A stretch of DNA of 63,617 nucleotides, filler included, from Octopus bimaculoides (Eukaryota), in the NCBI RefSeq assembly GCF_001194135.2. It is 3 parts of 3 records of this genome, joined end to end, with 100 filler letters (N's around TTAATTAATTAA, not from the genome) between each part and the next. Parts side by side here need not be neighbours in the genome. Positions count along the whole stretch, not along the records: positions 1 to 30,536 come from NC_068985.1; 2 more parts are not named here. One strand, given 5' to 3'. Under the pieces are notes generated by a model, which made no database searches, was not told the DNA's origin, and worked only from the letters and a program-made list of their open reading frames with translations. Within the stretch, counting starts at the first letter, position 1. Each line of letters opens with the position of its first letter. The translations under genes were made by a program, and so were the position numbers. This document shows, piece by piece, positions 1-11,602 of the stretch.

Positions 1-496
1 CTAATAACTCTTTTGTCTTAATAACAGTCAACCACACAGTAATTTCCCTTTATTTAATGGTCATTTTTGAAGTATCAACCTCTTGCAGTTTTTTGATAAC
101 AAGAGCCAGATCTCCAATGCACAGAAGTTTCTAAGAACATCCAGTTTTGAAAATATTGTCGCAGTAAAGTACTGTGGTTGAGAACTAAATATTATTGTGG
201 TCTTTAGATAGACTTATCCTATCTTTTTTAGCAAATGGCTACTATATGCAGCTGTCCTATCATACTTATAAGACCAATCATAATAATAATGAGTTTAGTA
301 TATACAGTGCTATGGTAATGACTAAGTAATGGTTAATGTCAAGCAAAAATAAAAAAATATACAATTTATGTTACAAAATAAATCTTCAAATGCTGTGTCA
401 CAACCTTTTCCAACACAATAGGTTTTTTCCGAGTCAATAATTATAGTAATTTTCAGATTCATCTTCATTATGTTTGTTACTAACCATATCATGTAG

Positions 497-588
497 AAAA
501 GATGTGTCCTCCTCATACAACTGATGAGGATAAGAAATATGAAACTTGTTCACTAAATTTGATTGATGACTGCTTGTTAAACAAGCAG
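497..588 (+). CDS. Candidate 92-nt exon (KMCPPHTTDEDKKYETCSLNLIDDCLLNKQ), gene unknown
   Basis: Branch-point-like TACTAAC just upstream of tgtag, donor CAG|gttagt, and an open frame. No homology was recognised. Confidence 0.22.
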
Positions 589-1492
589 GTTAGTCACACT
601 AATCAATAGCTTAAGATTCAATGGTTGAGAGAACTGCAGATATCGTTGTTGTTATTGTTCTTGTTGTTGCTATTGTTGTTGTTATTGTTGTGGTTGCTGG
701 GGCAGCTGTGGCTATTGTTGTTGCTTAGTTGTTGATCACTGGTCAAAATACTCTCCAAACATGATAATGTCATATTTTTTCAGACACAGTGTATGTTGGA
801 CTACATTATCTAATATATGATTACATTAACTTTTTAAAAGATGTTAGGTATTATTTGAGAGAAATTTAGCTGGTTTCCCTAACTAGGCTTCATATTTCTG
901 TGTTGAGAGCAAATTTGACAAGCAATTGAAGAAGCAATGGTTTACATTCCATCACATCCAGCTCTGTGTCTTTGTACCAGATATTTAAGCTTATAATGTA
1001 TTTACCTCTGTTTGCCACAGTCTGAATGTGGTAAGTGTACTAAGCTGTTATTCACCTTTAAGGTTGACAACAGAATATCAGTCAAAAAATGCTAGCAGAC
1101 ATTTTAGCTTCATAGCAGGCATTTTTGGAAAAAGTAAGCAATATATATATATATGAAAAACACACACACACATGAAAACAAACATACATAAAGACAGACA
1201 GACAGACAGATAGATAAATAGATAGATAGAGAGATAGAGAGATAGATAGATAGATAGGTAGATAGATAAATAGATAGATAAATGAATAAACAGACAGACA
1301 AGCAGACAGATGATGGACTTAATACAGTTTCTACCTATCAAATTTACTCACAAAAGCTTTGGTTGGCCCAGAGCAATAGTAGAACACACTTGCCCAAGGT
1401 GCAAATAAAGGTGAACCCATACCGCATGGCGGCAAAGTCAATTGCTTAATCACACTGCCTACCTGTTCCTATGTGTGCATATACATCTGTGT

Positions 1493-1547
<55 letters not shown>

Positions 1548-1823
1548 TGTAAAACATAATATGTCAGGAGGCATGAGAGGTGAATATATCTATTTAACCG
1601 CTTGCCATCCATATGATTACAGCCATTTCGTAGCCTTCATCATGTTATAAAGTTTCAGTATATAATGAATTATTTTGCATGACTGCACTAATATGCATGC
1701 TACGTATTATACAATACAAGTGTACATGCTTATGCTCATTCTTTTATTCTTTTACTTGTTTCAGTCATTAGACTATGGCCATACTGGGGCACCACCTTGA
1801 ATTTTTAGTTGAATGAATCAACA

Positions 1824-2016
1824 CTGGTACTTATTTTTTAAGCCTGGTACTTATTTTTTAAGCCTGGTACTTATTTTTTAAGCCTGGTACTTATTTTTTA
1901 AGCCTGGTACTTATTTTTTAAGCCTGGTACATATTTGTTAAGCCTGGTACTTATTTTTTAAGCCTGGTACTTATTTTTTAAGCCTGGTACTTATTTTTAA
2001 AGCCTGGTACTTATTT
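1824..2016. repeat. 20-bp minisatellite, about 9.6 copies of CTGGTACTTATTTTTTAAGC
   Basis: Counted directly, and it lies inside a family A SINE tail. Confidence 0.95.
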
Positions 2017-2444
2017 TATCAATCACTCTTGATGAACCGCTAAGTTACAAGGATGCAAACACACCAACACCAGTTGTAAAGCAGTGATGGAGGTGGGGGG
2101 TGGGGGGAGAAACACTGACACAAATACAGACACACACATAGATGATGATGATGATCATGATGAATTTTAGTTTTTTATAAAGAAAAAAAAACCTCCACTG
2201 TATTTTCAGTTTGAAATTTTAGACTGAAAACGCCTAAAATCTGAAAACCTGAATCTAGTTCCAAACTCTGGATGACATCATATGTTAAATAAACTTCACT
2301 CATTAAATATTTACAACTTGCTTTAATGTCATGTAATGTTATATAATTATACATGGACAACTTGTTTTAGTATGAAGTGCTTAATTCCTATAGGTCATGG
2401 GTCTATAAACTTATGTACATATGTACATGTATATGTTTGTGTGC

Positions 2445-2496
<52 letters not shown>

Positions 2497-3899
2497 NNNN
2501 NNNNNNNNNNNNNNNNNNNNNNNNNNNNNNNNNNNNNNNNNNNNNNNNNNNNNNNNNNNNNNNNNNNNNNNNNNNNNNNNNNNNNNNNNNNNNNNNNNNN
2601 NNNNNNNNNNNNNNNNNNNNNNNNNNNNNNNNNNNNNNNNNNNNNNNNNNNNNNNNNNNNNNNNNNNNNNNNNNNNNNNNNNNNNNNNNNNNNNNNNNNN
2701 NNNNNNNNNNNNNNNNNNNNNNNNNNNNNNNNNNNNNNNNNNNNNNNNNNNNNNNNNNNNNNNNNNNNNNNNNNGACACCATTTCGAGCGTGGCCGTTTT
2801 CGTGCGGGTGACACGTAAAAGCACCCACTACACTCTCTGAGTGGTTGGCGTTAGGAAGGGCATCCAGCTGTAGAAACTCTGCCAAATTAGATTGGAGCCT
2901 GGTGTTGCCATCCGGTTTCACCAGTCCTCAGTCGAATCGTCCAACCCATGCTAGCATGGAAAGCGGACGTTAAACGATGATGATGATGATGATGATATAT
3001 ATATATGTATGTATGTGTATTATCACTTTTGTTCCTTTTAGGAATTCATCATTCATGACAGATGCATGCTTTTTATACAAATTCTGACTCCTTCCTTTCT
3101 GTTACACACACACACACGCACTGTAGTATGTATAAATTTATATAGCACAAAAGATTTTGAAATTCTGTTGTAAGTTAATGGTTAATGCCTTCTTCTTCTT
3201 CTTCTTCTCCTCTTCCTCTTCCTCCTCCTCCTCTGCTTCCTTTTCTCCTCTCTCCTTTTCTCCCTCTACATATACACAGAAACATATGCCATACATACAT
3301 GCACTGAGGAAGCTGTCTATAAGAGTTATGGATAATATTATCAAACAGCTACTATTATCAAAATAAAAACGTTTACTGCAAAAAACAAATTGTATTTTTC
3401 CGTTGTCAAGTCAAAATGTCTAATCGAAAGGTAAGAGTTTCTTCCCTTTCAAGGTTAAGTTAATTTCTGAGAATTTTCCCATTATGCACTGTTTTGGGTA
3501 TTTATACCCTGAAAACCCAATAAGCACTTGTTCGATTTATGTGAAATTTGTTTTATTTCGTTCGCATTTACATTTCAAGGAAACTTAATTCAAAGTATTT
3601 TCCCATTATGTGCCAGTTTGGCTGAGTAACAGTGCAAGCAAGCAAAATTCAAGCTGACTTTTATCGTATTATAGATAACAGCGATGGCTATAGCAGCACC
3701 AACAGTACCAACACCAAAACCACCACTGATGATATCCCCACCAGCAACAACGGAAGTAGCAGTATCAACATCAACAGCAGCATTGCCAGCAGCAGTATAT
3801 GAAGATACATTGGATGTCATAGAAACACCTTCAAGCAGTGCCTCTCCAACCACAGATCCTCAATCAGGATCCTGGAGAGATGACATGCTATGTCCTTAG

Positions 3900-4140
3900 T
3901 CAGCCATGTGTGACACCTGAAAGATGCAGGGACTCCAAACTTAATCTCATAGCAGATCCTAGAAAAACTGAGCCCTACATCAATGGGAACAAGCATTGCA
4001 AGCTCTGCATAGCTGAATGGGTGAGAATATTAAAGAACTTCCTTAACTCGGATAACATCTTAAATTCCAGGATGGAAGTCTTTTGGGCCCTGCTTACACT
4101 TCAGGAGTTTCCTACTGAAGTCCTGGGACCCACAAACTGA
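3900..4140 (+). mobile_element. Penelope-like element, GIY-YIG endonuclease C-terminal fragment
   Basis: EPYINGNKHCKLCIAE..IL..LNSRME resembles the recalled PLE motif PY-x-NG-x-K-x-C-x-LC-x2-E..LN-x-R-x-E. Confidence 0.6.
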
Positions 4141-4788
4141 GCAGGTCGATTATGGACAGTGGTCGAAGGGAAGTAACCCTTTGGACTTAACCCTTCTTTG
4201 TCCATGTGTTCAACAACTAGCAATGAGGTCAGGTCTTTTCTCCCCCCACATTGAAGAGGGGTTATAGGCCACTGACCATTAGGGTCAGAAGAGACACTGT
4301 GAAGCTAAGTGCTTTATGGGTGTTAAACACAGGGTAACCCTATAGACCAGCCATAACTATCTTTTTCTACTGCTCTATAACTTAGAGTGTGCCCCTCTTT
4401 TGGATTCATGAGTTACTGATAATATATGTATGTGTGTGTGTATGTGTATGTATATACATACATATAAACATACATACATACATACATACATACATACATA
4501 CGAACATATATTATATCTGGGTTAGGATATTTGAAAAATAGAATATATACAAACAGAAAAACAATGCAAGGTTCCAGTTGAGAATTGAACCAATTTACAG
4601 TGATTACTGACTTATTGCATTAACTATTGCCATTAATACATGCAGCACATGTACCTATGTAGATTATGTGACACAGAGACAGGTAAAGTGATGGTAGATA
4701 GGTTGTAGAATTGTATATTTCTAAACAGAAACGTTTTTAAATAATAACAACAAGATTCCTGTTATTATGTACACACACACACACACAA

Positions 4789-4833
<45 letters not shown>

Positions 4834-5608
4834 NNNNNNNNNNNNNNNNNNNNNNNNNNNNNNNNNNNNNNNNNNNNNNNNNNNNNNNNNNNNNNNNNNN
4901 NNNNNNNNNNNNNNNNNNNNNNNNNNNNNNNNNNNNNNNNNNNNNNNNNNNNNNNNNNNNNNNNNNNNNNNNNNNNNNNNNNNNNNNNNNNNNNNNNNNN
5001 NNNNNNNNNNNNNNNNNNNNNNNNNNNNNNNNNNNNNNNNNNNNNNNNNNNNNNNNNNNNNNNNNNNNNNNNNNNNNNNNNNNNNNNNNNNNNNNNNNNN
5101 NNNNNNNNNNNNNNNNNNNNNNNNNNNNNNNNNNNNNNNNNNNNNNNNNNNNNNNNNNNNNNNNNNNNNNNNNNNNNNNNNNNNNNNNNNNNNNNNNNNN
5201 NNNNNNNNNNNNNNNNNNNNNNNNNNNNNNNNNNNNNNNNNNNNNNNNNNNNNNNNNNNNNNNNNNNNNNNNNNNNNNNNNNNNNNNNNNNNNNNNNNNN
5301 NNNNNNNNNNNNNNNNNNNNNNNNNNNNNNNNNNNNNNNNNNNNNNNNNNNNNNNNNNNNNNNNNNNNNNNNNNNNNNNNNNNNNNNNNNNNNNNNNNNN
5401 NNNNNNNNNNNNNNNNNNNNNNNNNNNNNNNNNNNGGAAACGCTTTATCAATCTCTATAAGTAAAACATTCCTGGATGATAAATTTCAAAATTAGTGGTT
5501 TTCTCAGTTCTTCGGAGGAATTTTTTCTTGTTTTTCTTTTTTTGTTTTTGACATGTCATGTGATATCTTCTATTTACTTCCATCAGGTAAATATCCTGAT
5601 TGGCTGTA

Positions 5609-5716
5609 TCTCTCTCTGTCTCTCTATTGCTCTCTCTGTCTCTCTATTGCTCTCTCTGTCTCTCTATTGCTCTCTCTGTCTCTCTATTGCTCTGTCTCTC
5701 CATTGCTCTGTCTCTC
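5609..5716. repeat. 20-bp CT-rich tandem repeat (CTCTCTCTGTCTCTCTATTG), about 5 copies
   Basis: Read directly from the sequence. Confidence 0.85.
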
Positions 5717-6226
5717 TTATTTGTTTCCTTTCCCTCTGATTCTCTTGCTCTCACTGTTGTTCTTTTACTCTCCCTACACAAATGCACACATTTAAATATA
5801 GACAAACATATAAATATATAATGCATATATAGATGTGTGCGTGTGTGTATATGTAAGTATGTGATTACATATGTGCACACATACATACATACACATGCAC
5901 ATACACACATGTCTGTGCTAGTGTGAGCTGTTCATATGTATGTAAGTATGTCTGTATATGCATATATATGTATATATGTATGTGTGTATATTGGCTTTTT
6001 AAAGGGTCGCAATCCAGACGTAATTTACAATGGCATGCCAGGAATCTCCGGTACACATCAATATTGTTAGCTCCTCAATTTCATGTTATATGAAAGTAGG
6101 ATATGGAAAAGGAACCCCTAAATCTCAAGTAAAAGTGTTGCACTTGATCTTCTATGTTGATGATGTCATAAAAGTTTCCTATTTCTTTACTGCCCACAAG
6201 GGGCTACACACAGAGGGGACAAACAA

Positions 6227-7983
6227 GTCATAGCCCATCTTATTAGGGAGAGAGCCTACTTAGATGAGATGCAGTTCGGTTTTGTGCCAGGCAGAAGCAC
6301 CACTGATGCTATATTCCTGGTGCGGCAACTGCAGGAGAAATACCTAGCCAAAGATAAACCCCTATACTTACTTTTGTGGACTCGGAGAAAGCTTTGACAG
6401 GGTCCCCCGATCCCTTATCTGGTGGGCGATGTGGAAACTGGGGATTGACAAATGGTTAATAAGGGCTGTATAGGCCCTATACAGAGAGGCCGTTAGTAAG
6501 GTTAGGATTGGCAATGAGTATAGTGAAGAATTCCGGGTAGAAGTAGGGGTCCACCAAGNNNNNNNNNNNNNNNNNNNNNNNNNNNNNNNNNNNNNNNNNN
6601 NNNNNNNNNNNNNNNNNNNNNNNNNNNNNNNNNNNNNNNNNNNNNNNNNNNNNNNNNNNNNNNNNNNNNNNNNNNNNNNNNNNNNNNNNNNNNNNNNNNN
6701 NNNNNNNNNNNNNNNNNNNNNNNNNNNNNNNNNNNNNNNNNNNNNNNNNNNNNNNNNNNNNNNNNNNNNNNNNNNNNNNNNNNNNNNNNNNNNNNNNNNN
6801 NNNNNNNNNNNNNNNNNNNNNNNNNNNNNNNNNNNNNNNNNNNNNNNNNNNNNNNNNNNNNNNNNNNNNNNNNNNNNNNNNNNNNNNNNNNNNNNNNNNN
6901 NNNNNNNNNNNNNNNNNNNNNGCAGCAACATTAAAGAAAGATTAACCAGGAAGATAGGTTTCGCGTGTGGCAGATGCACAGGGGCAATAAACACCACAGA
7001 TGCTCAGAAAACAGATTTCATCACATTCCAGGGGAAGAATCTAGAAGTAGTTGATAGCTTCCGCTACCTAGGTGACCAAGTTAGTAGTGGGGGTGGATGC
7101 TCAGAGAGTGTTACCACTAGAATAAGAATAGCCTGGGCAAAGTTTAGAAAGTTTCTACCCCTACTGGTGATAAAGGGCCTCTCGCTCAGAGTGAAAGGTA
7201 GACTGTGCGATGCATGTGTGCGCATGGCAGTAAAACGTGGGCCATGACTTCTGAGGACATGTATAGGCTCAAAAGAAATGAAGCTAGCATGATCCACTGG
7301 ATGTGTAATGACAGTGTGCACACTCGACAGAGTATAAGCACCCTGAGAGAAATGTTGGACATAAGAAGTATCGGATGTGGCAAGTAAGAGAGACGTTTGT
7401 GCTGGTATGGTCATGTACTATGGATGGTTGAGGAGAGCTGTATGAAGAAGTGCCAGCACAAAACAGCTGAAGGAAACCAGAGTAGAGGTAGACCCAGGAA
7501 GACACGGGATGAGGTGGTCAAGCATGACCTTCAAACATTGGCCCTCACAGAGGCAATGACAAAAGACCGAGACCTCTGGAGATATGCTGACACTGTGAAG
7601 ACCCGGCAAATAAAGTGAGTTCACAGCTGTATCCTACACCAGTTTTGCATAACCAGCCGCAGCCCATTCAAAAGTACCTTGGATCGTAGGGTGACATGCT
7701 GTTGTTGAGATCTATTTAGTCAAGTACATGAACATCAACATCAAAATGAAAATCAAATGGAAATTGTAATTGTGATCCCTGTGCTGGTGGCACTTAAAAA
7801 GCACCCAGTACACTCATGGAGTGGTTGGTGTTAGAAAGGGCATCCAGCTATAGAAACACTGCCAGATCAGACTGGAGCCTGGTGCAGCCTCCTGGCTTCC
7901 CAGACCCCAGTCAAACCGTCCAACCCATACTAGCATGGAAAACGGATGTTAAACGGTGATGATGATGATGATGATGATGATGA
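6227..7983 (+). mobile_element. 5'-truncated, frameshifted RTE-clade LINE (RT domain, C-terminus, 3'UTR, (GAT)n tail); gap 6559-6921
   Basis: Translates to QFGFVPGRSTTDAIFLVRQLQEKY..DSEKAFDRVP, then VVDSFRYLG..RIRIAWAKF, and WYGHV..RGRPRKT..WR with a stop at 7618. The 3'UTR ends in (GAT)n at about 7983. Confidence 0.93.
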
Positions 7984-8439
7984 TATATATATATATCCAC
8001 ATACACACACAAGTTTATTAACATTATTCCTGGATTAGCATATGCCCCTCATTTTCTGTTTTTTAACATCACATTTAAAATATAGTTTAACCCAGCAAGA
8101 ACCCATTTTTGTATTGATTTGTATCACAAAAGCTTTATGTACTAAAACACATTATGTTTATACATGAGACATTCATAAAATAAGAACTAACCTTCAAGAA
8201 CTATATGAAGAAGACAAAAAGAAAAGAAGTGGAACGCTTACAATGACATGCAAAATGATTAAACGAACTAAAGATAAAACTTGAAAGTGATTAAAAATGA
8301 TTGATTAATGGTGGATGTCAAGAGAAAATCAATCAGAACGAATGCAGGAGAATCGTATGTCTGTAAATTATAGAAGAAAGAGTGAGGAATCCCCCACATC
8401 ATCATCATACTTTCTCCAAGACTAAACTCCACACTTCAC

Positions 8440-8775
8440 CTTATTCACCATCAGCACCGTCATCAGTTCCTTTGTTACCTTCGTCACTGAAACAATTGTC
8501 ATCATCATAAAAAAACATCCATATGAATATCGTCATCGTGATGACGATGACCACCACCACCACCACCACCACCACCACCATTGTCATTATTATCGTTATC
8601 AACACCACCAGCATCGTTATTATCATTGTCATCACCACCATCACCATCATTATTATTATTGTTATCGCTACCACCACCATCACCGCTGCCGCCACCATTG
8701 TCATTATCATCATTATTAACACCACCACTACCACCACCATTGCCATCATCATCATCATCATCATCATTATTTTTA
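8440..8775. repeat. Compound trinucleotide microsatellite (CAT/CAC/TAT), representative
   Basis: Similar tracts lie at 40570-40897, 47590-48075, 49806-50050, 50340-50650, 57660-57800 and 60430-60520, with (TA)n, (TG)n, (GATA)n and (CATA)n throughout. Confidence 0.95.
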
Positions 8776-8857
8776 TTTGACATTCAGCATCCATGATGGC
8801 ATGGATTGTATCCTTCAAAAAAGGCACTAACGAATTAGAGGGCCGCATCATGGATGG

Positions 8858-9035
8858 TGCTTTTTACGTGCCACTGGCATGGGGACCAGTCAGCCGGCAC
8901 TGGCATCGACCAAGCTTGAATGGTGCTTTTTTACATGCCACCAGCACAGGAGCCAGTCAGGTGGCACTGGCATCAACCATGCTCAAATGGTACTTTTTAC
9001 GTGCCACCAGAATGGGTGCCAATCATGCGGTACTA
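8858..9035 (-). repeat. About 2.7 tandem copies of the ~66-bp RTE-3'UTR module
   Basis: Repeats TGGTGCTTTTTACGTGCCAC..GCCAGTCAG..ACTGGC. A similar array lies at about 20200-20355. Confidence 0.8.
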
Positions 9036-11545
9036 TGATCATTTCATACAAAGATATAATAATATAAATTAATGATGGAATTAAATTAAATAAATAACAT
9101 TGTACTCTTCACAAATTTACGCCTGTAAACTCCCAGCAAAGTATGAAGAATCAAGATTGGAAATCTTCTTTGGAAACCTCCAATTAAAGGTCGAATCCAC
9201 ATTCAACCTTTGTGCACCTATATTACTATATATATATATGTGTGTGTATATGTTTGTATGTATAACACGTGTTTGAGAAGATAATCAAAAGCGCTCACAC
9301 ACACACTAGAAAGAAACTTCTTCCATAAAGGTTAGTGATGTTTGATAAAGAATTTACAAGGTATAGAAAATACGTATTCGCCTTTATATATTTAATCCTT
9401 TATATTGAACACTCAATATTTCATCTATTCAATAAGACATATTCCATATATTCAATAAGACATTCAATACTTTATTTCATTGTACCATCCATTTTTATTT
9501 TATATTATATATTGTATATTATATTATATATTGTATATTCCATATTCTATATCCCACATTGGTTTTGCAGGAATATAAATAAAACATAAAAAACAGACAG
9601 TGTTGGAACTCTTTTAAACAAAATTATATNNNNNNNNNNNNNNNNNNNNNNNNNNNNNNNNNNNNNNNNNNNNNNNNNNNNNNNNNNNNNNNNNNNNNNN
9701 NNNNNNNNNNNNNNNNNNNNNNNNNNNNNNNNNNNNNNNNNNNNNNNNNNNNNNNNNNNNNNNNNNNNNNNNNNNNNNNNNNNNNNNNNNNNNNNNNNNN
9801 NNNNNNNNNNNNNNNNNNNNNNNNNNNNNNNNNNNNNNNNNNNNNNNNNNNNNNNNNNNNNNNNNNNNNNNNNNNNNNNNNNNNNNNNNNNNNNNNNNNN
9901 NNNNNNNNNNNNNNNNNNNNNNNNNNNNNNNNNNNNNNNNNNNNNNNNNNNNNNNNNNNNNNNNNNNNNNNNNNNNNNNNNNNNNNNNNNNNNNNNNNNN
10001 NNNNNNNNNNNNNNNNNNNNNNNNNNNNNNNNNNNNNNNNNNNNNNNNNNNNNNNNNNNNNNTATATATATATATATATATATATGTATATGCACATACA
10101 TATACAAATATGATGTTGGTGTGTTTACCAACATCATATTTGCAGTTCGGCAAAAGAAACCGATAGAATAAGTACTAGGCTTACAAAGAATAAGTCCTGG
10201 GGTAGATTTGCTCGACTAAAGGCGGTGCTCCAGCATGGCCACAGTCAAAAGACTGAAACAAGTAAAAGAGTAAAAGAGTAAGAGTATATATATATATATA
10301 TATGCATTTATATGTGTGTATGTATGTGCATGTATGTGCATGTGTGTGTGTGTGTGTGTGCATGTGTGTGTGTGTGTGTATGTGTGTGTGTGTGTGTTGT
10401 GGTAGGGAATACAGGAATACTGTATATTATGAGATATACTCTTGTATATTCATCATGCACCTGCATGCAACTTTTGTTCTTCATCAAGTGCAATGATGTC
10501 ATTTTTTCGCTATTTCTCACCTACTTATTGGAAATAGCTGTAGTACCAGTGTTACCTTACTTGGTGTTTGGACTGATATGGTGTTGTCTGATCTGCCCAC
10601 TCAACAAGATGCTATGGAAACCTAAAGGAGACTTAATCTACTTATGTACTTGAATGGTTTTATTTTTTTGTTGTTGTTGTATTGAAGCTATGACTCCTAT
10701 TTTTTTCTCATGTGCTGTGTATCTATGGCTATATTGCCAGCAAGTCCTTCTCTTTTCTGATAAGCATAATGTGATTTAAGGGAAATTCAGTTGCTGTTTC
10801 TAACAGATCAGTTGATGCCATAGACGTTTGTTCATTGGTTAAAATTCATGATTGTTAATATTTGAAGAACTCCTTTTAATTTCACAGCAAAAAATATGCA
10901 GAATCAAGAGAGAAAATATTGGTTTCAAATTTCGACACAAGGCCGGCAAGATCAGGAAGTGGATAAGCTGAATACATTGACCTCAGTACATGACTGGTAC
11001 TTATTCTATTAACCCCGAAAGGATGAAAGGCAAATTCAACCCCCGAATCTGAACTCAGAGCATAAAGACAGATGAACTACAGCTTTCCTGGAATGCTAAA
11101 AATTTTGCCAAAAATTAAAGAAATTTGGTAAATGTGTGTTGGATGGGAATAGTAGTACAAAAAAATAGACAATTTAAAGAGAATCAACATAATTTTCTAC
11201 ACCTACTCTCTCCTCCCTTCTGCACAAACTTATATATATCATTGATAACCCCTAATTCTATGTCTACTATTCTCTACATCCACCCCTCAACCTACTCTTT
11301 CCTACCTTCTCTCCAGTGTATATTTATCAATGACCACCCCTTAACCCTTATTCTTCATTCATTATATCAGCCCCTTCACCCATTCCTCATCTCTAATCAT
11401 CCCTCTTTCTCTCTTCACATATTCTTGCTACCTCTATCTACCTGCTCTTCGTGTCCTCTGTCCCCACTCACTTCTGTTCCCCTTCAAGTCTTTTCAGGGC
11501 CCACCCTGACACTTCAACAACGTCTGTTGTTTTTTTGTGAATTCT

Positions 11546-11602
<57 letters not shown>

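Noticed and set aside
517-552. Hammerhead-like CTGATGAG..GAAAC
   Set aside because: Stem II is weak and misregistered, and stem I does not close.
1824-2016. CRISPR-like array
   Set aside because: The repeats are contiguous with no spacers, in a eukaryotic context.
3411-3430. 20-nt micro-exon (MSNRK|gtaaga)
   Set aside because: The splice signals are plausible, but it is too short to support without transcripts.
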